Shown in pieces: positions 44,347 through 53,835 of a DNA stretch of 64,000 nucleotides; the stretch's first letter is position 1, and each line of letters opens with the position of its first letter. The notes under the pieces were generated by a model. That model was not told the origin of the DNA. It saw only the letters and a list, made by a program, of their open reading frames with translations, and ran no database searches. The translations under genes were made by a program, and so were the position numbers. This DNA is from a virus (lineage: Duplodnaviria; Caudoviricetes), in the IMG/VR virus record IMGVR_UViG_3300006115_000009, positions 14,903-78,902 of that record, one strand, 5' to 3'.

Positions 44347-45015
44347 ATGCAAAGCGATTCAATCAAGGAATTGGTGACCGCACTCGTTTCCGCACAGGGC
44401 GAGTTCTCGGCTATCCCCAAGACTTCTGACAACCCATTCTTCAAGTCAAAGTACGCGGCTCTGCCAGACGTTGTTCTTCAGGCCACGCCCATTTTGACCA
44501 AGAACGGTTTGTCGGTTATGCAGTTTGTTGGTTACGACGACGCCAACAACGACACTCTTACCACGTACCTTGCTCACACCTCCGGCGAGTACATCGTTCA
44601 CACGATGAAGTTGCACCTGCCGAAGAATGACCCTCAGGGTCAGGGCTCGGCTATTACGTATGCGCGTCGTTACGCCTACATGTCGGCACTTGGCCTTGTT
44701 GCGGACAACGACGATGACGGCAACTACGCAAGTCTCCCCAAGAGCGCACCACAGCAGTCGTCCGCTGTGGCACCTAAGTCAGCAAACAACAGCCTTAGTG
44801 GCAAGGTTGCTTCTGCTACCGGTGGCAAGATGGCAACTGACGGAATGACCAAGATGATTTGGGCCATTACGCACAAGAGCCTGAACTGGGACGACGCAAC
44901 GATGTACGACACCATAGACACGCTTGTTGGCCGTAAGGTCGACAAGTTGACTGACCTGACCTTTGACGAGGCCAAGTTGGTCATTGACCACCTGAAGTCG
45001 CTTCAGGAACAATAG
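44347..45015 (+). CDS. erf: ERF-family ssDNA annealing protein
   Basis: NPFFKSKYAALPDV, HTSGEY, PQGQGSAITYARRY, DDDG. Confidence 0.88.
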   Translation: MQSDSIKELVTALVSAQGEFSAIPKTSDNPFFKSKYAALPDVVLQATPILTKNGLSVMQFVGYDDANNDTLTTYLAHTSGEYIVHTMKLHLPKNDPQGQGSAITYARRYAYMSALGLVADNDDDGNYASLPKSAPQQSSAVAPKSANNSLSGKVASATGGKMATDGMTKMIWAITHKSLNWDDATMYDTIDTLVGRKVDKLTDLTFDEAKLVIDHLKSLQEQ

Positions 45016-45027
45016 AAAGGAATCCAC

Positions 45028-45426
45028 ATGGGTTCATCAATCACAATTACCGGCAACCTTACTCGCGACCCTGAGTTGAAGTTCACCGACAGCGGTATGG
45101 CTCGAGTTCGTTTTGGCGTTGCCGAGACTCGCAAGGTAAAGGACAAGGAAACCACCTCGTTCTACGACGTTGTGGCCTTCGGTAAGACTGCCGAAAACAT
45201 CAGCGCATCTCTCGCTAAGGGCAGTGGCATTATTGTCACCGGCCGTCTTGAGGTTCGTCAGTACGACAAGAACGACGGCACCAAGGGTACCGCTGTTGAA
45301 ATCGTCGCCGACGACGCGGGTGCACTGTTGCGTTTTGCAACGGCAAGCATCTCAAAGAACGAGAAATCTGGTGGCGCTCCATCACAGTCTCGCTCATCGT
45401 ACGAATACGACGAAGAGCAGTTTTAA
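45028..45426 (+). CDS. ssb: single-stranded DNA-binding protein
   Basis: ITGNLTRDPELKFT...GRLEVRQY...EIVAD; acidic tail. Confidence 0.92.
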   Translation: MGSSITITGNLTRDPELKFTDSGMARVRFGVAETRKVKDKETTSFYDVVAFGKTAENISASLAKGSGIIVTGRLEVRQYDKNDGTKGTAVEIVADDAGALLRFATASISKNEKSGGAPSQSRSSYEYDEEQF

Positions 45427-45429
45427 CCA

Positions 45430-45801
45430 ATGACCGACGGCCCCGACTACTCGGCTCCGCTTAGTTATTCGCACATTGAAAACGCTATGCGTCATGCCAT
45501 CGACCAAATGGAAACGCTCACGAAGGATTTTGCGGTAACGGCAGACGAGTTCGGGGCCGCCGAGTCTTTGTATAAGGTTGCTTTTGCTAAGAGTCGGCTC
45601 ATTGCTCGCACTTCTGGCGAAGGCAAAAAAGTCACTGCCGACGCCGCAGAAGACATTGCCACTGTAGAAACGGAAACGGAAAAGTTTGCGATGGAAGCAG
45701 CAAAAGCAAAGCACGACGCAACTAGACAGGCTTTAATGTCGGTGCGTAGTAAACTTGAAGCGTTGCGCAGTCTTATGGCTTCATACCGAGAGGTGAGTTA
45801 A
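45430..45801 (+). CDS. coiled-coil hypothetical protein
   Basis: 123 aa helical. Confidence 0.62.
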   Translation: MTDGPDYSAPLSYSHIENAMRHAIDQMETLTKDFAVTADEFGAAESLYKVAFAKSRLIARTSGEGKKVTADAAEDIATVETETEKFAMEAAKAKHDATRQALMSVRSKLEALRSLMASYREVS

Positions 45802-45802
45802 A

Positions 45803-45955
45803 TTGTCATACGAAAGAGAAATAGAGCAATACATTACTGCTATTGAAACAGAAAATGCTGAACTCTCCAAAGAGGTAACGAATTTGCGACTTGAGTTGCG
45901 TCGTTACCGCCGGCTTGTTTCAATACTTGATTCGCAGCAGCAGCACACTGATTAG
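45803..45955 (+). CDS. 50 aa coiled-coil peptide
   Basis: TTG start, GAGGTG RBS; (M)SYEREIEQYITAIETENAELSKEV... Confidence 0.45.
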   Translation: MSYEREIEQYITAIETENAELSKEVTNLRLELRRYRRLVSILDSQQQHTD

Positions 45956-45957
45956 TA

Positions 45958-46350
45958 GTGGAACGACGCAAGCCCTTAAAAGCAAACAGCGAACTTAAGA
46001 AAACAGCATTAAAAGCAACGTCATCTTTAAAAGCAAAAAAGGGGCTATCAGCAACTAAGTCACTGAAGCCCCGCTCCAAAAAGATGAAAGATATATATAA
46101 GCAACGCTCCGTCTTCGTGGCGGAGTTTTTGTCTAAGCACCCCCAATGTCAGGCGTACTGGGACGACAATTGCTTTGGTCGTTCCGTTGACGTGCACGAA
46201 ATACTTCCGCGTAGTGCTGGTGGTAAAATCGTGAGCGACGACCTGTCGAACTTTATGGCAGTATGTCGTTACTGCCACACACAAATTACAGTCAACCCCG
46301 AAGAGGCTCACCGCCGAGGATTTAGGAAATGGTCATGGGAAAACCCGTAG
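45958..46350 (+). CDS. HNH endonuclease
   Basis: CQA...C...DVHEILPRSAGG...NFMAVCRYCH. Confidence 0.78.
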   Translation: MERRKPLKANSELKKTALKATSSLKAKKGLSATKSLKPRSKKMKDIYKQRSVFVAEFLSKHPQCQAYWDDNCFGRSVDVHEILPRSAGGKIVSDDLSNFMAVCRYCHTQITVNPEEAHRRGFRKWSWENP

Positions 46351-46505
46351 AAACACACAGCGTAGAGATTGGCCCTGTCAAAAACGAATACTCCATTAAA
46401 TGTTCTTGCGGAAGAAGCGCAAATGTTGCGACTCGCAACGAAGCCTATGTCCGCGGTCATCAACACATTGTAAATGTTGGTATTGGTAACCCAAGTGTCA
46501 TTTAA
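46335..46505 (+). CDS. small CSCG-motif protein
   Basis: MGKPVETH...IKCSCGR...GHQH; manual translation. Confidence 0.45.
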   Translation: MGKPVETHSVEIGPVKNEYSIKCSCGRSANVATRNEAYVRGHQHIVNVGIGNPSVI

Positions 46506-46521
46506 TTTTACCGAGTTTGAA

Positions 46522-46812
46522 ATGGCTGAGTTTTTGTCTCAGTTCATAACAAGACCTAAATTTTACAAACGCGCTGCGTGCAAGGGTATGGGGTTTAACG
46601 ACTTTTTTCCGGGGCGGGGTCAGTCTGGATTAGTACAGAAATCCATCAAAGTTTGCGAAAACTGTCCTGTGCGTTTTGACTGCTTTGACTATTCGCTTAC
46701 CGAAAAGATTGAGTATGGCGTATGGGGTGGAACGACGCCAGAACAACGCCTTGAAGTTACATCACTTGGACTAGACACGGAGTCTGCGTGGCAGCACCTA
46801 AATCTAGAATAA
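46522..46812 (+). CDS. whiB: WhiB-family transcription factor
   Basis: AACKG..FFP...VCENCPVRFDCFDY...GVWGGTTPEQR. Confidence 0.88.
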   Translation: MAEFLSQFITRPKFYKRAACKGMGFNDFFPGRGQSGLVQKSIKVCENCPVRFDCFDYSLTEKIEYGVWGGTTPEQRLEVTSLGLDTESAWQHLNLE

Positions 46813-47097
46813 AGAGATTTTCGCTTCTTCTGCTCTTTGTTTTTTTAATTCTTTGACGCGGGCCGGGTAGGTTTCGTCCAACGTGCAAGTCATGTGCACA
46901 CTGTCGTAACGACAGTAGGGCTCACGGTCTTTTGATTGCGGGCAAAGGTCTCCGCAAACAATACAGGGCACCCAGGTAATCCCCTTGTATTGCTCTTTGT
47001 ACTTGCGCACCATTTTTTTAACGTGCGCTACGTTCTGTGGCTCTTTGTTCTTCTTCACTAAAGAATTTGCAGGTCGCTCCAACCGAGGACACCGCAC
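46804..47097 (-). CDS. hypothetical protein with CxxC
   Basis: CIVCGDLC...CRYDSVHMTC; start uncertain. Confidence 0.5.
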   Translation of the reverse strand: MRCPRLERPANSLVKKNKEPQNVAHVKKMVRKYKEQYKGITWVPCIVCGDLCPQSKDREPYCRYDSVHMTCTLDETYPARVKELKKQRAEEAKISLF

Positions 47098-48053
47098 CCC
47101 TTTCCGACGAGTAATGTTAGCATACCCGGCGGATAGTTATTTCCAGTAACGCTGGTGTACCAAGTGCTACCGCCATCAGACGCCGGCGACATAAATACGT
47201 GACGCCCCGTTGCTCCTGACGCTACAAAGTGATGCAGGTGGCCGCAGAACAAAAGGTCGGCCTGAGCAATTGGCTGGCGACCCATTGCTTGGCCAAGCCA
47301 CCACGATTCAATCTTGCCAATAGTTCCATTGGTCTTTACCCAGTTCTTGTTGCTTCCATTGCGGAACATGTGGCCATGAGCAAATCCACAGTTGATGCCA
47401 GCAATATTCAACGTAAGCGTTAAGTCATCTGCAATAGCGCCAAGTGGAACTTCTACGTTCTTGTAGCGCGCCTTGTTGTGAGATATTACCTCATTAACGC
47501 CGTCAAAAATGGCAAGGTCGTCATTGTCGGTCCACGTTGTGTATGCGCGTCCGTAGGCATTGCGGTTCTCACCGTGGTTACCGGGCACAGCGCCCAATAC
47601 AACGCGATATCCAGAGTCCACAAGAAGGTCAACAAAACGCAAAACCATGCGACGAGCCAAACGCATTTGTTCTCGGCGGTCTAAATCCGTCATGGCGGTC
47701 TGCATGTCGTAGTGTCCCGAGCATTGCTCGATAAGGTCACCCAGACCTACAAGGTACACGGTGGTAATTGCCTTGCCAATTTTTCTTAAATCAGCCAAGC
47801 GCATAAGCGTACGGTCTTGAAAGGTACAAATGCGGTCAGCAATTGCTTCGCTGCCGCCTCCTTCTTTTTTTCCCATTTGCCAGTCACTTAAGAGGCAAAG
47901 CATTGCCATGTCGCCCTCGGGGCCACTAACCGCCTTGGCTGGCTTACGCTTCATAACCGCTTCGCACAAAGCGTCAATGTCGGTGTTGTCAATCTCCACC
48001 GGACGCAAACGTGTGCGATAAAATTCGGTTAGGTCAATTTTTTTGGACGCCAT
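47058..48053 (-). CDS. calcineurin-like metallophosphoesterase
   Basis: SDWQMGK, GDLIE, GNHGE, HGH, GHLHH. Confidence 0.8.
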   Translation of the reverse strand: MASKKIDLTEFYRTRLRPVEIDNTDIDALCEAVMKRKPAKAVSGPEGDMAMLCLLSDWQMGKKEGGGSEAIADRICTFQDRTLMRLADLRKIGKAITTVYLVGLGDLIEQCSGHYDMQTAMTDLDRREQMRLARRMVLRFVDLLVDSGYRVVLGAVPGNHGENRNAYGRAYTTWTDNDDLAIFDGVNEVISHNKARYKNVEVPLGAIADDLTLTLNIAGINCGFAHGHMFRNGSNKNWVKTNGTIGKIESWWLGQAMGRQPIAQADLLFCGHLHHFVASGATGRHVFMSPASDGGSTWYTSVTGNNYPPGMLTLLVGKGCGVLGWSDLQIL

Positions 48054-48276
48054 AACAGATACATTCCTTTTTGCGGTGACGAAGTAGTGCCGGATGCTTG
48101 GCGTCAATGCCACGTTTGTTTATAAAGCGCACAATGGAGGCAGCGTCAATAGACGACTCTTCTAGTGCGGCGACAACTTTCTCCTTGTCTTCAGGAGTAA
48201 GTTTTTCAATCAATTGGTCGGCGATGCACCGACGTTTTGGTTTCTCAAAAAACTCGGACAAATCGGGCTTAGCCAT
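48034..48276 (-). CDS. small HTH-like hypothetical protein
   Basis: 80 aa, AGGAG RBS, ends RHRKKECIC. Confidence 0.62.
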   Translation of the reverse strand: MAKPDLSEFFEKPKRRCIADQLIEKLTPEDKEKVVAALEESSIDAASIVRFINKRGIDAKHPALLRHRKKECICYGVQKN

Positions 48277-48307
48277 TAACGACTCCTATAGTCTGCAAAC
48301 CACACAG

Positions 48308-48336
48308 ATTATACACCGATATCCACAGGTTTTCAA
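48308..48336 (-). promoter_or_regulatory. near-consensus sigma-A/70 promoter overlapped by DnaA-box-like 9-mers
   Basis: Minus strand TTGAAA-17 bp-TATAAT; plus strand ATATCCACA, TTTTCAACA, TTATCCCAT. Confidence 0.65.
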
Positions 48337-48339
48337 CAG

Positions 48340-48720
48340 TTATCCCATTGAGAAAGATGCTGGGGTTACAATCACTTGATTTTCAACACGCACCTTTGTT
48401 TTGGTAGCGTCGTGATTAACGGTTGATTTTGGCTCGCAAGCAATGCTGTAGACCCAAACGCCGGTTGGATAACTGCTTGTGTCAATTACTGCTTGGTAAG
48501 TTCCAAGACCGAGGCGAACAATTGTCCCCGTGGGGTCGCCCGTTCCGTACGTGTAGGTAAACGTGTAGGTTTGCGAGGTGATACCATCGACCTGAAAACC
48601 AAAAAGAACTAGGTCTGGGTCTACTACTGTGACCCCATCCGTTGCGGTAAATGGCTCGCTGGTGGCAAATGTGATTGCCGTACCTTGTACGTACGAATTA
48701 GTAACGAGTGTTTGTGTCAT
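48340..48720 (-). CDS. putative virion protein (Ig-like/BppU-like)
   Basis: Thr-rich beta protein at the end of the tail operon. Confidence 0.55.
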   Translation of the reverse strand: MTQTLVTNSYVQGTAITFATSEPFTATDGVTVVDPDLVLFGFQVDGITSQTYTFTYTYGTGDPTGTIVRLGLGTYQAVIDTSSYPTGVWVYSIACEPKSTVNHDATKTKVRVENQVIVTPASFSMG

Positions 48721-48925
48721 AAGAATCCTCGGGGATTGAGTCAACAGTGTTTAGAACTGCCGAAAAATCAATTGCTTGCAATTTTGCACCAAAATTGGAT
48801 TGCGATACTGTTGCTGAAATGTCTTTAATTACGACCGTCCCCGGTTGCGGGACAAGACTAACGGTGTTTGAGCCTTGAAAAAATCCCGGGTTTGCGTTTG
48901 AGTAGGAATTAGTAAAAAACTTCAT
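48698..48925 (-). CDS. hypothetical protein
   Basis: 75 aa, coupled. Confidence 0.5.
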   Translation of the reverse strand: MKFFTNSYSNANPGFFQGSNTVSLVPQPGTVVIKDISATVSQSNFGAKLQAIDFSAVLNTVDSIPEDSYDTNTRY

Positions 48926-49305
48926 TATTTAATCTCGCTGGCAGCAATTACCTGCAATGCAATAAGAGCATCTGCTAAGCCTTGTGCAAGGGTCACTACT
49001 CCTTGCACCGTACGGGCAAGGATAGGAGCAAGTGCGTCCGTCGAGGCGTTGAGGGCAGCGAGGTCAGTTTGTGCTTGAGCGAGTGATGGGGCCATCTGTG
49101 AGACAAGGGCCTGAAGGTTGGCGTTAGCGGCGATAATGCCTTGCTGGTTAGCCAGCGTCACGGGGTCGGGGGTGAAAGTGGCAAACTCGCTTCCGTTTGA
49201 CAACACGACTTCTTCGACCGTTGAGCCGTCAGGGTTCTCGATGTAGTTGATGGACACAACCGTGCATCCGCCGAGGTCTTGTTCAACTGTGTATTGAGCA
49301 GGCAT
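48925..49305 (-). CDS. putative tail fibre assembly/chaperone
   Basis: 126 aa following the fibre gene; helical C-terminus. Confidence 0.45.
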   Translation of the reverse strand: MPAQYTVEQDLGGCTVVSINYIENPDGSTVEEVVLSNGSEFATFTPDPVTLANQQGIIAANANLQALVSQMAPSLAQAQTDLAALNASTDALAPILARTVQGVVTLAQGLADALIALQVIAASEIK

Positions 49306-49314
49306 ACAGATTCC

Positions 49315-51036
49315 TTACTGGAGACTTGCGTAAAACATAAGGCCAGCATTAGATGCTGGAGTAAACGTGGTGGTTCCAACCGTAGGAACGGGAGTCGCAG
49401 AACCGCTAGTGTAATTCAAGATGGGTGCGGTGCCGGTCAAATTAACCTGTTCGCCAGTAGCGTATCCGGAAATTGTTGGGTACACGGGCGACGTTGTTCC
49501 GTAGATGCCAAGACCAACGTAATAAAGACCAGACGAGGGAACGGTGTAGGCGCTCGATAGGTTCCATGTGAACGTAGTGTTTGCTGCCAATGAGGTCAGG
49601 GATTGAGAACTAATTGCCAAGCAAAGACCGGCAGAACTAAAAATGCCTATCCACTCACTTGTAAGCGATGAGCCTGCCGTGCCTGAAGTAGAAAACTTAA
49701 TACTGTTGATTACTTGTCCAGCCACAAGATAAACGGCGGTAAAGCGGGGGACTGTATAAGGCTGTACGGAAGTTGACAACCAGCGAGGAATTGTCTCGGC
49801 AACATTGTTAGTGCCACCTAAAGCAAGCGTTTGCTGGTTAGTCGTGACACCAATGGTTGTACCCGTGCCGCCGTTGACAATAGGAATCGTGGACTTGGCA
49901 GTAAAAATTTGATAAACGGGAATACTGCTTGAACCAAAAGTTGCTGTTGATGGCGAAGTAACCTGCCAAGAAGTACCGCCATATGTTGTTCCGGCATTGA
50001 CTTGAACAATAGAAGCGGCAATTTTTGCGGGGGTGTCGGCATCATTGTCGCGACAAAAAACTGCTGAAACGCCAGTGGTACCTTGGGTTGTGCAAAGCCA
50101 AATACCGTTTTGTGTTTGAGTTGTTTGGCCAGCCAGCAAAATGCGGTCATTCAATTGAACCGTGTATCCGTCAACAACAAAAGAACCCGTTGCTGTAACC
50201 GTAAAAGTGTCAGCGTTGATGGGGTAGTCGTTGGTTGTATTGCCACCAACTGTGTAGGTACCAGCAACATTGGTTGTTGAAACAACCTGAACGGATTGGT
50301 GAACCTGAAATTGAACCCATTCCGGTCCGCCGTTGGCAATATTGCCATAAGACATAAGCAACGAACCAGCGGCCCCAGTTGCACCGCCACCATTTGAAGA
50401 CGTGTCTGTGTACGTGTTTGCAGTTGCACCACCAAATACCACAGCGCCCGGAGTCGGAACATAGGAACCCATGCCACCGTTTGGAACGCTAAGGGGCAAA
50501 GAAATTATCGTTCCCTGATAACCCTGTGCGCCCTGAACGCCCCGATAGCCTTGAACGCCTTGAACGCCTTGAATTGTTTGCGCGTACGAAAGCGCTTGGT
50601 TTGACGTGTTGACCGCGTAAATAACACCTTGGTTGAATTGAAGGCTCTCAACTGCGGTGGCCACGTGAAAAATGTCGTTTGTTTTGGTTTGCGTTGTTTG
50701 GTGCGTATGCGTTTGAATAATGGTGCCGTCATAACCACGACCATTGTTTGTGCCGTCTGTCCAAACAACAATGATTGAATTAGCAATGTTTACCGATGAG
50801 CAAAGGATTTTTTCTTCGTTTGCTTGCCCTAGATTGACAGAAACAACAAAAGGCCCAGACGTTCCAAGCGGATTTGTGGTCGCTTGGCCCGTTGGGCTTA
50901 CTTCATACCATCCCGCCGCAGACGAAATTGTTATCGCCTGGTTTGGTGCGTAGTAGTTGGGGATGCTTGTTGTGATGTAGGCAGCGGGTACCGAACCACC
51001 GTACGAACGTTGCGTCAAATCTGTGGGGTAAGACAT
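49315..51036 (-). CDS. tail fibre/minor tail protein
   Basis: G-x-Q collagen-like repeats; DRILLAGQTTQTQNGIW motif of phage tail fibres; Thr/Ser/Gly-rich. Confidence 0.75.
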   Translation of the reverse strand: MSYPTDLTQRSYGGSVPAAYITTSIPNYYAPNQAITISSAAGWYEVSPTGQATTNPLGTSGPFVVSVNLGQANEEKILCSSVNIANSIIVVWTDGTNNGRGYDGTIIQTHTHQTTQTKTNDIFHVATAVESLQFNQGVIYAVNTSNQALSYAQTIQGVQGVQGYRGVQGAQGYQGTIISLPLSVPNGGMGSYVPTPGAVVFGGATANTYTDTSSNGGGATGAAGSLLMSYGNIANGGPEWVQFQVHQSVQVVSTTNVAGTYTVGGNTTNDYPINADTFTVTATGSFVVDGYTVQLNDRILLAGQTTQTQNGIWLCTTQGTTGVSAVFCRDNDADTPAKIAASIVQVNAGTTYGGTSWQVTSPSTATFGSSSIPVYQIFTAKSTIPIVNGGTGTTIGVTTNQQTLALGGTNNVAETIPRWLSTSVQPYTVPRFTAVYLVAGQVINSIKFSTSGTAGSSLTSEWIGIFSSAGLCLAISSQSLTSLAANTTFTWNLSSAYTVPSSGLYYVGLGIYGTTSPVYPTISGYATGEQVNLTGTAPILNYTSGSATPVPTVGTTTFTPASNAGLMFYASLQ

Positions 51037-51038
51037 TG

Positions 51039-51479
51039 TTAGTCCTCAATCAATGGGCCAATAAGGCCGCGAACGTATTTTTCTGCTTCAAAATCTGAAG
51101 CGGCGGCGACGTGAATTCCGCCGGGTCCGCGGTGGTGGGCTTGACAAAGCCACAAAAGGTTTTCTGCTGATTCAACCCAGGCGCCAATTATGTCTGGGTC
51201 GCTTACTCCGGGGTAATCCACCTCAAGCCATTTAAGTTCTACACCATTTTGCAAAGAAAATTCAATGTGAGCGTGGTGCAACTCGAGCGGCTTGTCTAGC
51301 GAGCATTCGCCAAAATCCCCTCGGTGCGCACCAATGGCACACTGCGCCGTGGCCTTGGTGCGACGCCGAAACGCTTCAAAGTCCCTGTAGTGAGGGTCAG
51401 ATTCACGTGGTTCGTGTTCGGGGTAATGGACTACGTACCGGTGCGTAATTTTTTGGTCGTGCGCCGGCGTTTCTGCCAT
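51039..51479 (-). CDS. HNH-like protein
   Basis: C..C...LELHH...NLLWLCQAHH. Confidence 0.5.
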   Translation of the reverse strand: MAETPAHDQKITHRYVVHYPEHEPRESDPHYRDFEAFRRRTKATAQCAIGAHRGDFGECSLDKPLELHHAHIEFSLQNGVELKWLEVDYPGVSDPDIIGAWVESAENLLWLCQAHHRGPGGIHVAAASDFEAEKYVRGLIGPLIED

Positions 51480-51480
51480 A

Positions 51481-51906
51481 CTAGAAAGAACCCTCGGTAA
51501 GAACGTTCACCGAAGAAATAATGGCGCTGTTAGTTGTCGTAACCTTTATGTACCACATTGAAGGCACGCGAACGGTAATGGCGTGATTGTTTGCAGCATT
51601 GCTTGCGGACGAGGGAATAACAACGTTGACGCAGGCGCTTGTAGGACCAAAAGCAACCTGAACAGTACCGCTTGCGGCGCCACCAATAAAGATGTAGTAA
51701 GTGGCAAAGCAGGCGGCCGTGTTCTGAACCGCAGTTCCCGATGTGAAAGGAACGTTGCTTGTGAACGTAGGGGCAAAGCCACCAATCTGCGTGCTTGTTG
51801 AGTTGCTGAAGTGTTGAATAGAACCACTGCCAGTGTCAACCATAATAGGGTGAACGCCGACAGGGACATAAGTTGTGTTGTTTGAAAGTGTGCTGGTGAT
51901 AGTCAT
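51481..51906 (-). CDS. putative minor virion protein
   Basis: Thr/Ser-rich beta protein. Confidence 0.5.
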   Translation of the reverse strand: MTITSTLSNNTTYVPVGVHPIMVDTGSGSIQHFSNSTSTQIGGFAPTFTSNVPFTSGTAVQNTAACFATYYIFIGGAASGTVQVAFGPTSACVNVVIPSSASNAANNHAITVRVPSMWYIKVTTTNSAIISSVNVLTEGSF

Positions 51907-51919
51907 TATGACTCCTTAG

Positions 51920-52438
51920 TTAGTAAATTTGTACGCCACCGCCGCCAAGAATTCCATCGAATTCAGCAGGGGTAACGTCAAAAGGGTCTACGGGGCAATC
52001 CCAGGAGCCGTGCTCCCAAGACCGTGCTACTAGTGCTGAACAGATAAGGGTGTCTGCTCGGCGAATGTCAAAGCGAAAAAAATCTGGCAACATAATGTTG
52101 ATAGCGATGCTCACAATTGTAAGTACGCCATATTTTGTGCCAAGTTGACGGTTTGCGTACGCAACCGCTTCGGCACGGTTTACGTCGTTGGGGCAAGGAA
52201 TAATCTTGACGTGGCCACCAGGGGCAACATCTTGAATCTTTACTCGCTCGCAACGACGAGCCATTTGGATGCACCAAATAGTTCCGTCTTCGTCAACGGA
52301 GTCAACGATAGCCATGTGATTCCAGGAACGGTATGACCACCAGCGAAATGCCTGAGCAAAGCGAATCATCGCACCGTATTTATTGTGTGTGTGCGCAAAT
52401 ACTGCGTCACCGGTTTGTGGTGTGTAATTAGCGGTCAA
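51920..52438 (-). CDS. permuted papain-like (YiiX/YebB, NlpC/P60 superfamily) enzyme
   Basis: GDAVF...WNHMAI before ICSALVA. Confidence 0.72.
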   Translation of the reverse strand: MTANYTPQTGDAVFAHTHNKYGAMIRFAQAFRWWSYRSWNHMAIVDSVDEDGTIWCIQMARRCERVKIQDVAPGGHVKIIPCPNDVNRAEAVAYANRQLGTKYGVLTIVSIAINIMLPDFFRFDIRRADTLICSALVARSWEHGSWDCPVDPFDVTPAEFDGILGGGGVQIY

Positions 52439-53162
52439 GATTTTTTAGGTCTTCCTGAAGTGAGAGAATGTTAATGTTCCAAATGGGGCCGTGGTCAAGT
52501 TCAACAAATGCTTCGGGGATGACAACCCAGGCTTCTGAGCCGTATGTTTCCCACCACTGCCAAGTCATCGATTCCGTGGCGCCCCAAGTAATAATGTCAA
52601 CGCCGAATCGGTTGCACCCTGTAGCCACGACACAGTGACCGCCAGAGGGCTCTTCCGGGTACATGGGAACATGCCAGGGTTGGTGAGACTCAAATTGCGT
52701 TTCGGCGTCAGGCGGCATTTCAACTCCCAGGTAAACAGACCCAAAAAGATAGATGGCAGCAGCCATTTCATCACGATTTTTAATATTGACTGGTGCATAA
52801 GCAGAGATTTTCGTTCCAAATAATCCGTCGGTCATCCAAGTTTTCAGAACGTCGTGCTCGACAAGACCGGTATCGGCACCGCCTGTTAATTTGAAGTACT
52901 CCTGCTTCACTGCATCGTCGCCGGGGTATTCAAAAACTTCGCCAATCTCGGCGTACGCAAGTTGAAGCATGTGCACAACACCAGCGATAGTGCAGTCGCC
53001 GTATGTGTCGTTAAGCGCCATTGGGTAGTCTTTGACGCGATTGGAATAGTCAAAAGAACGCGGGGTTTTAAACACCGGGCTAGTCATATAACTAGACAAA
53101 GTGCTCATTGCTGGAACCTCGGCGGCATTTTTACCGCGTTGACCGGCGTACCTGTTAGCCAT
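52428..53162 (-). CDS. papain-like cysteine peptidase
   Basis: NDTYGDCTIAG (Cys), GGHCVVATG (His), ITWG. Confidence 0.68.
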   Translation of the reverse strand: MANRYAGQRGKNAAEVPAMSTLSSYMTSPVFKTPRSFDYSNRVKDYPMALNDTYGDCTIAGVVHMLQLAYAEIGEVFEYPGDDAVKQEYFKLTGGADTGLVEHDVLKTWMTDGLFGTKISAYAPVNIKNRDEMAAAIYLFGSVYLGVEMPPDAETQFESHQPWHVPMYPEEPSGGHCVVATGCNRFGVDIITWGATESMTWQWWETYGSEAWVVIPEAFVELDHGPIWNINILSLQEDLKNLDR

Positions 53163-53461
53163 TATTTCTCCTCTACAACGTTTTTGTGCGACCATTTTGT
53201 TGCGTGCTCGGTGGTGTATTTGCCGATAATGCCAATGGGCAGAATGCCCAACCAGCCGCGCCAGCCGAGGTGAATCAATTGAACACCGGAAAAGGAGGCG
53301 AGGACAATGTTTACAATGTCGCTTAGTCCGTCCATATTTCCAGCAAGTTTGGCATGACCCTCGGCGATTGCCTTGGTCAGTACCGTGTTAAGAACATCTC
53401 GAGCAACCATGCAAACACAGCCAATGCCCGAATAAAAAGCGACTGCCAACCAAATGTGCAT
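53162..53461 (-). CDS. membrane protein (holin candidate)
   Basis: Multiple hydrophobic segments. Confidence 0.45.
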   Translation of the reverse strand: MHIWLAVAFYSGIGCVCMVARDVLNTVLTKAIAEGHAKLAGNMDGLSDIVNIVLASFSGVQLIHLGWRGWLGILPIGIIGKYTTEHATKWSHKNVVEEK

Positions 53462-53835
53462 TATTCAGTAATCTCCGAAGAAGGAACACCGGCGATGATT
53501 TGCTTAATATCGCTAAGCATTTTTGCGTGTTCCAAAGTAGTTTTAAGGTGAAACTCTTGCAATTCAGCGGAAATTTTGTCGCTACGCTTAGCCGCAATAA
53601 GAAGTACAGAACCTTGCAAACCTGCCAACATTGACAGTGCTAGGTTTAAACGAAAATAAGGGGCGGGGTCAGAACCAAAACCGCCGGTTGAAATCCAAAA
53701 CGTCATCAAAATTAGGAAGGTCCCTAGGAACGTCCATGTTCCCATTCCAAGGCGCATCCTGTCGGCGGCCCTTTCCCCAATTGTTCGGTCCTTGCCCGTT
53801 CGTACGCTTGGGTGAAATTCCCAATGCTTTGCCAC
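53461..53835 (-). CDS. DUF1003-like membrane protein
   Basis: ERAAD...GTWTF...DPAPYFRLNLALS...Q..LLIAAKR. Confidence 0.7.
   Translation of the reverse strand: MAKHWEFHPSVRTGKDRTIGERAADRMRLGMGTWTFLGTFLILMTFWISTGGFGSDPAPYFRLNLALSMLAGLQGSVLLIAAKRSDKISAELQEFHLKTTLEHAKMLSDIKQIIAGVPSSEITE

Noticed and set aside
50655-50675. Additional CACGTG-centred sequences (for example 50662 and 60122) as parS
   Set aside because: Flanks do not match the TGTTTCAC/GTGAAACA palindrome
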